Below are positions 15,227 through 21,547 of a stretch of 24,679 nucleotides of DNA, in pieces. The notes under the pieces are model-generated. The model ran no database searches, had not been told where the DNA came from, and saw nothing but the letters and a program-made list of their open reading frames with translations. Positions within the stretch are counted from its first letter, which is position 1; each line of letters starts with the position of its first letter. Source of the DNA: a virus (lineage: Duplodnaviria; Caudoviricetes); the IMG/VR virus record IMGVR_UViG_3300032319_000532, positions 1 through 24,679 of that record. One strand, written 5' to 3'. A program made the position numbers and the translations under genes.

Positions 15227-15601
15227 ATGGGAGCACGAGTCAATTTTGTATTCAAGACAAACAAAGAACAAACCTATTTAGTTTTATACTCACATTGGGG
15301 CGAAACATCTTGGCGACAAGATTTGGCTTCAGCACTTGATAAAGCAAGACCACGCTGGACAGATGATTCATATTGTTTGCGAATTATTATAGACCAACTA
15401 ACAAGAGAAGGTCGGGATTCAGAAACTGGATTCGGAATCTTTTTAGCAAACAGAGATGAATTATCATTTTTAGATTCACCTGTAATTATTGACACACAAG
15501 CAATGTGGGTTGAAGATGGTGGAACAGAACATTCGTGGAATTCGTTTTGCGAATATCACTTGGAAGAAATTCCAAACAATCACGATTTTACAAACGTGTA
15601 A
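15227..15601 (+). CDS. Hypothetical phage protein
   Basis: 124 aa; MGARVNF...LYSHWG. Confidence 0.75.
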   Translation: MGARVNFVFKTNKEQTYLVLYSHWGETSWRQDLASALDKARPRWTDDSYCLRIIIDQLTREGRDSETGFGIFLANRDELSFLDSPVIIDTQAMWVEDGGTEHSWNSFCEYHLEEIPNNHDFTNV

Positions 15602-15708
15602 ATAAAGTTGGGTGGGGTGTAAAAACCCCACTTCAATTCGCCAGGCTGATTAGGGCGATCACAGAAATACTATAGAGCACAGTTGGTGGAGGACTGAAAG
15701 AATCCGCA

Positions 15709-15736
15709 ATTCCTAAGCATGAATCAAAAAGGCTTA
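15709..15736 (+). ncRNA. H-type pseudoknot motif copy 4
   Basis: ATTC-ctaagcat-GAAT-caaaaag-GCTTA; compensatory change in stem 2. Confidence 0.6.
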
Positions 15737-15749
15737 TTTTTTTTTGCAA

Positions 15750-15901
15750 AGCTGCGGGTCGATTTTGAAAATCAGACAAATCAGACATTACGTAAATGTA
15801 TATTTAATCACGGGGATTATGAAGGTGTGATAAATATCACGGGTATTACGTCTCATATAATGATATCCTACTAGACAGTAACTTTTACGATATGGTATTA
15901 T
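15750..15901 (+). repeat. Degenerate regulatory cassette
   Basis: GTCGA, TTACG-N16-CACGGG, CRP box 15826, TCTCA-N5-TGATA, TACTAGACAGTA, TAGACA-N18-TATTAT. Confidence 0.65.
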
Positions 15902-15934
15902 GAACCCTATAAACCCAACTACCAAAGGATAAAT

Positions 15935-16360
15935 ATGAGAGATAGAATAAAGGGATATAAAGGCAATAAACTGGATGGCAAGAAGCTTGCCAAGATTGCC
16001 AATGATATCTATCGTTTGCAGTATAGCAATGATTTTAGCGAATGTACAGTAGATAATCTATTATTGATTGAACTAGAAGAAAAGAATGTATTTGGAGATC
16101 CCAAGTATGCTGTTCTATGTAGTGAAGGTGTAGGATGGGAACAAGATAATTATGGCTGTCTTGAAATCCCGACCAATATTGGGCAATGGGGTTCATGGAA
16201 TGGAAGAGTCTTTATCTCAGTAGACACAGTAAAGTCTTGTCAAACTATTTTCCAAGAAGATGTATCTGAGTATATTAGAACATTTGGAGATAGATTAGAT
16301 AGTAACTGTTCCCTATGGCAGTCTAAAATGTCAGTGGCACCTGCTACAATACTAGCATGA
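15935..16360 (+). CDS. Hypothetical protein
   Basis: 141 aa; AAGGA RBS. Confidence 0.75.
   Translation: MRDRIKGYKGNKLDGKKLAKIANDIYRLQYSNDFSECTVDNLLLIELEEKNVFGDPKYAVLCSEGVGWEQDNYGCLEIPTNIGQWGSWNGRVFISVDTVKSCQTIFQEDVSEYIRTFGDRLDSNCSLWQSKMSVAPATILA
16329..16350 (+). promoter_or_regulatory. PafBC/RecA-NDp-type promoter (inside CDS)
   Basis: TGTCAG-N10-TACAAT; ATG 6 nt downstream. Confidence 0.8.
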
Positions 16361-16590
16361 TAAACATGGATGAACTTGAGACATTACGTATATATGAGAT
16401 AGATTATTCTGTCTCACCAGGGGGTATAAATCAATTTGAGGTGTATCCTGATTTAGATAGTCCTAATGATAATACTGGATATCCCCTATATGAGACAACT
16501 AATTTAGCAGATGCTTGTTTATTTGCTTATAACTTAGGATGCAACTTCAAGGTATATACCCTAGCGCAATATGAGTTATCCCATGCTTGA
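16357..16590 (+). CDS. Hypothetical protein
   Basis: 77 aa, leaderless and ATGA-coupled. Confidence 0.65.
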   Translation: MINMDELETLRIYEIDYSVSPGGINQFEVYPDLDSPNDNTGYPLYETTNLADACLFAYNLGCNFKVYTLAQYELSHA

Positions 16591-16810
16591 TATAATGGAA
16601 GGATTATATGGGGATGCATTCTCTGATATTCCCGCCGTTTACGAAGATAGATCTTTTACACGGGAGCAAATCCAAGATGCTAAACTAATTGGATATACAG
16701 AGGATGACCATGTGATTCTCCAGCTTTTAGACAAATCAATTACGATTGTCTACTCCATAGATATAGACTGGCTGCTCTATGATGAGGCTACTGACAAGGT
16801 GCGGGACTAG
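16571..16810 (+). CDS. Hypothetical acidic protein
   Basis: 79 aa; true start may be ATG 16583. Confidence 0.6.
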   Translation: MSYPMLDIMEGLYGDAFSDIPAVYEDRSFTREQIQDAKLIGYTEDDHVILQLLDKSITIVYSIDIDWLLYDEATDKVRD

Positions 16811-16815
16811 CCAAA

Positions 16816-16837
16816 TGTCAGTGCTATCTGATACAAT
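16816..16837 (+). promoter_or_regulatory. PafBC/RecA-NDp-type promoter
   Basis: TGTCAG-N10-TACAAT. Confidence 0.8.
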
Positions 16838-16867
16838 AGCATAATCAACCAACAGAAAGGTAATACA

Positions 16868-17041
16868 ATGGACAACCCAACTAAATCTTATATTGTTTAT
16901 GGGGCAACTATTCAGCACTTAGAAATTCGAGTAGAGGCAACTTCCGAACAAGAAGCAACAGATAAAGCCACATCTATTCCACTTTCAGATTGGGATATGG
17001 GCGACTTCGAGTTCCAACTAGGTTTTACTGAGGAGGCGTAA
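16868..17041 (+). CDS. 57 aa hypothetical protein
   Basis: AAGG RBS; VEATSEQEA motif; TAATG coupling. Confidence 0.65.
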   Translation: MDNPTKSYIVYGATIQHLEIRVEATSEQEATDKATSIPLSDWDMGDFEFQLGFTEEA

Positions 17042-17778
17042 TGCCAAACTGGGTATATAACGGACTAACTATTGAAGGTCCAAAAGAATCTGTAATCAAA
17101 CTCAAAGAACAAATGAATACTCCCTTTGTGGACTATATTGAATCTAATGGTGATTTAGCCTTTGGTGTAAAGCAAACAAAGTATTCTAATCCTATCTTTA
17201 GTTTTAGAAACATCATTGCTCCCACCGACCTTGAAGCATATAAAGAACAACCTGTTCGCTCTGAACTATCTGCAACTGACCCTAATTGGTGGGCAGACAT
17301 ACAAGAAAAATCTAAAACAGATAACTCTTGGTATAACTGGAATCTTCGCAACTGGGGAACTAAATGGGATGTAGCCGTATCTAATGATAACGAGTATCCT
17401 GATACATATATGGAGGAACATGAAAACGGCGAAAACTATGTAGTTTATTATAACTTTAATACTGCATGGGGAACTCCTGATGTAGCAATAAGTAATCTCT
17501 CATCTCAATATCCCGACCTACTCTTCACACTATCATATGAAGAAGAGACAGGCTGGGGTGGAGAAGCAGAGTTTCTTCGTGGTGAAATCATTAGTCAATC
17601 TGAGTATGGTTGGCAATGCCGTGAATGTGATAACACAGAAGATGACACACCTTGGTGTGAATCATGTGAATTTGATATGTGTCCTAAATGTGGCTATGGT
17701 GAGCCAACAGATGAAGATAGAGCACAATGTCAGACCCATATGATACAATCAGAAACCCAACTAAAGGAGAATGCATAA
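17041..17778 (+). CDS. DUF1281/YubB-like ferredoxin-fold protein with C-terminal Cys cluster
   Basis: MPNWVYN, WYNWNLRNWGTKWD, FNTAWGTP, YEEETGWGG; three CxxC. Confidence 0.75.
   Translation: MPNWVYNGLTIEGPKESVIKLKEQMNTPFVDYIESNGDLAFGVKQTKYSNPIFSFRNIIAPTDLEAYKEQPVRSELSATDPNWWADIQEKSKTDNSWYNWNLRNWGTKWDVAVSNDNEYPDTYMEEHENGENYVVYYNFNTAWGTPDVAISNLSSQYPDLLFTLSYEEETGWGGEAEFLRGEIISQSEYGWQCRECDNTEDDTPWCESCEFDMCPKCGYGEPTDEDRAQCQTHMIQSETQLKENA
17728..17749 (+). promoter_or_regulatory. PafBC/RecA-NDp-type promoter (inside CDS)
   Basis: TGTCAG-N10-TACAAT. Confidence 0.75.
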
Positions 17779-17891
17779 TGAACGAGTGCTGTATATGTGA
17801 AAGTAATGCTGATTACATAACAATTGAAGGTGGTTGGTATGTATGCAAAGAATGTATTGAAACTGGCAAATCAGACGGATTGGGAGCATAA
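17778..17891 (+). CDS. 37 aa zinc-finger-like microprotein
   Basis: AGGAG RBS; CCIC...CKEC. Confidence 0.65.
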   Translation: MNECCICESNADYITIEGGWYVCKECIETGKSDGLGA

Positions 17892-18166
17892 TGGAAACAA
17901 TGGAACTAGACCCTTATCTGCAGAGACAGGTTGAACTTGGAATGGACGGTGCAGATATTTTGCACGGACATTTGAAAACACTTATGGTTGAAGCAGAGCA
18001 ACAACTAACACTTGCTCAAGAAGCGGAAGATGAATCAGGTGAAGCAATGGATTCAATGGAACGCAAATACTGGGAAGGTGTTATGGATACCTATGGAGAA
18101 CTATATGCAATCACATATGCAATTGCATTTGCTAAAGAGGAGCCACTAAATAATGGGCATGTATGA
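17891..18166 (+). CDS. Acidic helical hypothetical protein
   Basis: 91 aa; GGAG RBS. Confidence 0.7.
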   Translation: METMELDPYLQRQVELGMDGADILHGHLKTLMVEAEQQLTLAQEAEDESGEAMDSMERKYWEGVMDTYGELYAITYAIAFAKEEPLNNGHV

Positions 18167-18389
18167 TGAATCCTGGTGTGCCTCATGTGGTGCAGGTATG
18201 CACTACACAGCAGATGAGACTGCGGTATGTGGTGAATGTGCACATAACGAAATCCTAGGCTATATAAAGCAACGCAAAGAAGAATTAGAAGCAGACTATG
18301 ATATGACTACAGAAGTAGATATGGCTCATTACTATGAAGGTGGTATTGAAGTCCTTGATGAGATACTAACTAAATTTGGAGGATACTAA
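18153..18389 (+). CDS. Acidic zinc-finger-like protein
   Basis: CASC...CGEC; GAGGAG RBS. Confidence 0.7.
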   Translation: MGMYDESWCASCGAGMHYTADETAVCGECAHNEILGYIKQRKEELEADYDMTTEVDMAHYYEGGIEVLDEILTKFGGY

Positions 18390-18604
18390 TGGCTGAGCAA
18401 TTTATAGATACAATAGCAGAGCACATTACAGGTGCAATGCAACAAGAAATTGCAGAACACTTATTTGACCAATGGTCTGCAAAAAATTGTGATGAGGGTC
18501 CTGATTACGCAGAGCATATGTTTATGCAATTTGCGTCAGATGACCTAAAGCAACAGTATAACGAATACTATGGCTATATTGAGGGAGATGAGTTTCTACT
18601 ATGA
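18389..18604 (+). CDS. Acidic hypothetical protein
   Basis: GGAGG RBS; 71 aa. Confidence 0.7.
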   Translation: MAEQFIDTIAEHITGAMQQEIAEHLFDQWSAKNCDEGPDYAEHMFMQFASDDLKQQYNEYYGYIEGDEFLL

Positions 18605-18777
18605 TGTTAGGATATGATATAGAAGATATTAGCATTATGCAGGAATGCATAGAGACTGCTAAAAAGTTTTACCTATCTCATCCCTCCGATCTAATGGATA
18701 AAACAAGAATTACAACTGGATTGGAGCAAGCCAATTCATTCTTTGATGGCCTATGGGCAGAAGGATACTTTGACTAA
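18601..18777 (+). CDS. 58 aa hypothetical protein
   Basis: ATGA overlap; MMLGYDIED...GLWAEGYFD. Confidence 0.6.
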   Translation: MMLGYDIEDISIMQECIETAKKFYLSHPSDLMDKTRITTGLEQANSFFDGLWAEGYFD

Positions 18778-18799
18778 TGTCAGTTGTATCTTGTATAAT
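18778..18799 (+). promoter_or_regulatory. PafBC/RecA-NDp-type promoter
   Basis: TGTCAG-N10-TATAAT. Confidence 0.75.
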
Positions 18800-18823
18800 C
18801 AATATCCCAACTACTAAAGGACA

Positions 18824-18958
18824 ATGATGAAAATCAAAAAGAAAACAATGAAACAACTTCAAGACCAAGCAAGTCAAATTGCTTACTTTGATGAAAATGA
18901 AAAACAAACCCTAGATAGACTTATCCATATCTATAAGGCTGGAGCAAAACGTAAATGA
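18824..18958 (+). CDS. 44 aa basic hypothetical protein
   Basis: AAGGA RBS; ATGA coupling. Confidence 0.55.
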   Translation: MMKIKKKTMKQLQDQASQIAYFDENEKQTLDRLIHIYKAGAKRK

Positions 18959-19314
18959 CTATATATGAGGTTGAACTAATGGACCTACAGGAAAGAACTA
19001 GAATGTTAGACACTTATCGTGATGTTGAAGATATCATAGATAAGATTAGTAGTCTTTCTGTATTCCCGTCCCTGGTTTGGGTATGGTGTTGGGATGTTAT
19101 CAAGGACCTGTGGACTACCATTATGGAGGGGCAGGAAGAAGAATACTGCACAGCAATGGACCTAGATGAAGTATGGGAACTATACTGGATTCAAGCAGAT
19201 AAGAATGGCTTTACATTAGAATATGGGCCCGAAGCGCTATATGACCATATCCGTGATTGGATGATAGATGAATCTATTATCATAGAAGCGGAGGAAGAAG
19301 ATGAGGATGAGTAA
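18955..19314 (+). CDS. Very acidic, Trp-rich hypothetical protein
   Basis: 119 aa ending EAEEEDEDE. Confidence 0.75.
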   Translation: MTIYEVELMDLQERTRMLDTYRDVEDIIDKISSLSVFPSLVWVWCWDVIKDLWTTIMEGQEEEYCTAMDLDEVWELYWIQADKNGFTLEYGPEALYDHIRDWMIDESIIIEAEEEDEDE

Positions 19315-19472
19315 TGGATGAGAAGACATTAATTAGTCTAACATTGGCCAAATCTTTTATAGACCAAGGTCATGAGGGTATCGCCAAAAGCATCATTCAT
19401 AAACTACTTATAGATAACGGACTTGACGAAAGCCAAGAAGATGTGATAGACTCAAACCCGAAAGAGGTGTAA
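19314..19472 (+). CDS. 52 aa hypothetical protein
   Basis: GAGG RBS; TAATG coupling. Confidence 0.5.
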   Translation: MDEKTLISLTLAKSFIDQGHEGIAKSIIHKLLIDNGLDESQEDVIDSNPKEV

Positions 19473-19473
19473 T

Positions 19474-19767
19474 ATGGCAAGCGTTGACCAAAAACTGCAC
19501 GATAAGATTGCTGCGGGGTTTGCGGACCAGAGAGTATCTACCGCTATTATGGCCCTAAAGATGACAAGAGAAAACAGACACGTAAATGAGGCTATGCTTG
19601 GTTATATAGTAAATTATATAATCATTATGGCGGAACAAGAACTGGTGCCATTTCCATTGGTAGAAGTTCAGCAGATATGTAAGCAACTCAAATTTGCTCT
19701 AGAAGATTTAGGGCTAACAGGAATTGTCAGAAAAGATGAACCTATGAACGAGTTCATGCTGACATAA
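19474..19767 (+). CDS. Hypothetical protein
   Basis: 97 aa; GAGGTG RBS; TTGACG-N18-TAGACT upstream. Confidence 0.7.
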   Translation: MASVDQKLHDKIAAGFADQRVSTAIMALKMTRENRHVNEAMLGYIVNYIIIMAEQELVPFPLVEVQQICKQLKFALEDLGLTGIVRKDEPMNEFMLT

Positions 19768-19802
19768 AGGGCGTTCAGGCTATTTCACCGCCGAGTCCAG
19801 CA

Positions 19803-19835
19803 AAGACCTCCACATGTTGGGTGTGGGGGTCTTCT
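19803..19835 (+). terminator. Hairpin closing the + strand island
   Basis: AAGACCTCCACA/TGTGGGGGTCTT. Confidence 0.55.
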
Positions 19836-19873
19836 GCATTTCCAAAACGACAACGACAGCGATCACTTTTCAG

Positions 19874-20395
19874 ACATTACGAACGCAGCTAAAAATTCAC
19901 GGGACTTTTTTTAAACATTACGAACGGGGCGGGAATTTCACGGGAGATCCAATATCCACTATCACCTAGAGTAATATAGATCCATATAGATGTATATAAA
20001 GATATGCAGACATTACGAACATATCATAAAATTCACGGGAAGTCAAGCATATAAAGTGTGATGTTGATCATATAATGTATACAAAAATAGAGATACATTA
20101 AATGTGATCAAATTCACACAATATATCTCAATATATGGACAATATTGCCCTATTTTGTATACATTTTGACCTATTTTGTCCAGTTTATAGGCATATTTTA
20201 TGTGATATTTATCACACATTTTATGCGTAATATGGACTTGACATTACGATGGGCGATATGGTACGCTCTATATCATGGTAAGATGTATATCTAAATATAC
20301 ACTGATGTTATTCTCTCCTAATATGATATTATTCTCCACTTTACTCCACTTTGCTCCATATCTAGACATTACGATAGGGCTATAAAATTCACGGG
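19874..20395 (-). repeat. Four copies of bipartite motif ACATTACG-N16-CACGGG
   Basis: 19874-19903, 19915-19944, 20010-20039, 20366-20395; variable spacer of fixed length. Confidence 0.8.
20334..20359 (-). promoter_or_regulatory. MraZ-type triple direct repeat
   Basis: Minus strand ATGGAG-caaa-GTGGAG-taaa-GTGGAG, 10-bp period. Confidence 0.55.
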
Positions 20396-20566
20396 AGTTT
20401 GTAAAATTCACCACAATAAGCACATATAAGCTTTTGATCTTGTAGTATCATCTTGTGCTTACACTCTGGTGGCACTTGATTTATATGACCTAAATAATGT
20501 ATTATCATTTAATTTTAAATAGTATAACAACTACTGCAATGCATAACCATATAATTAAAGATTGAC

Positions 20567-20884
20567 TCATAAATCTGTGTAAGGACCTTTCCACATATCT
20601 GATTCATATTGGAAGCGGGGTTCAACTAGGGATACCTTTAACTGCCTTATTTGCTCTTGTAGCAACTTATTGGCTTCATCTAGGTCTCTTACGACATTAC
20701 GAAGATCAGCATTTTCTAGCTGGATATGAGTATAATGAGTAGCATTTGAATGATGCTTAGATAGGCTCAAGGCTCTCTTATAATCAGATATTGATCCCTT
20801 ATAGTCCTTTATCCTAGCTTCATACTTATGTATTCCTATTACTATGATTAGACTGTATATGGTTATTATTGAAAGGATTATCAT
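20567..20884 (-). CDS. Membrane-anchored coiled-coil protein
   Basis: Hydrophobic N-terminus followed by heptad-like region. Confidence 0.6.
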   Translation of the reverse strand: MIILSIITIYSLIIVIGIHKYEARIKDYKGSISDYKRALSLSKHHSNATHYTHIQLENADLRNVVRDLDEANKLLQEQIRQLKVSLVEPRFQYESDMWKGPYTDL

Positions 20885-21390
20885 TACATCCCGCCCATTC
20901 TAAATAGCCCTCTAAATTCAGGCTTGACTGAGAAAGTATTTAGCATCCCTGTAAGGGTAATATCTGTCTTATTCTTATCATATTGGGCAATAAACTTCTG
21001 CATCCCGTTTTTACTAAGTAGCAAAGCTTTTGGATGTATATTAGAATAAGCTTTTGTGAAAATATGATTGCCCATTGTATCACTTGAAGGAACATACTTA
21101 TTTACTTCTTCATCTGGCACATGCAAAGATATTGCATCAAAATCAAAGTCTATATTGCTAAAGTAATGAGAGATAGTATAAGGAAATTGTGACAGTATAT
21201 CTAAATTATTATCAGTCCAAAGTAGATACTCATGATCTAAATCAAGAAATTTCTTAAAAGTATTATATGAACTGAGCATTAAATCATCATTAATATCAGT
21301 GGGAAATATATTAATTAGTTCGCCAAGTTTATCTGACAACTCTTTATTTTCTTTATATATTGCAACTGCAACGCTTTCAATATTAAGCAT
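20884..21390 (-). CDS. Hypothetical protein
   Basis: Long ORF; AAGGA RBS before ATG 21390. Confidence 0.6.
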   Translation of the reverse strand: MLNIESVAVAIYKENKELSDKLGELINIFPTDINDDLMLSSYNTFKKFLDLDHEYLLWTDNNLDILSQFPYTISHYFSNIDFDFDAISLHVPDEEVNKYVPSSDTMGNHIFTKAYSNIHPKALLLSKNGMQKFIAQYDKNKTDITLTGMLNTFSVKPEFRGLFRMGGM

Positions 21391-21547
21391 TTGTATCCTT
21401 TTTATCATTCATATAGGCTTGAATGGCTTTTACTCTCTGAGCAATATCATTAAACTGATTTAGCTCTCTTACTCTCTTTAGTCTAGCTTTATTCTTAGCA
21501 TCCCGCTTTAATCCCCTTTGGGATGTTTTAACATTGTTCTTACGCAT
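21383..21547 (-). CDS. 54 aa basic protein
   Basis: AAGGAG upstream; MRKNNVKTSQRGLKRDAKNKARLKR. Confidence 0.55.
   Translation of the reverse strand: MRKNNVKTSQRGLKRDAKNKARLKRVRELNQFNDIAQRVKAIQAYMNDKKDTNA

Noticed and set aside
6468-18907. Minus-strand ORFs within the island (6468, 7000, 7372, 7744, 10421, 11386, 12476, 14887, 15274, 16736, 17133, 18710)
   Set aside because: Antisense to well-supported + strand genes, with no convincing start signals
19725-19746. Additional TGTCAG hexamers (19725 +, 23523 +, ~21990 -)
   Set aside because: No TANNNT at the 10-nt spacing
20435-20460. NrdR box
   Set aside because: Only the ATCTTGTG half matches and there is no tandem partner
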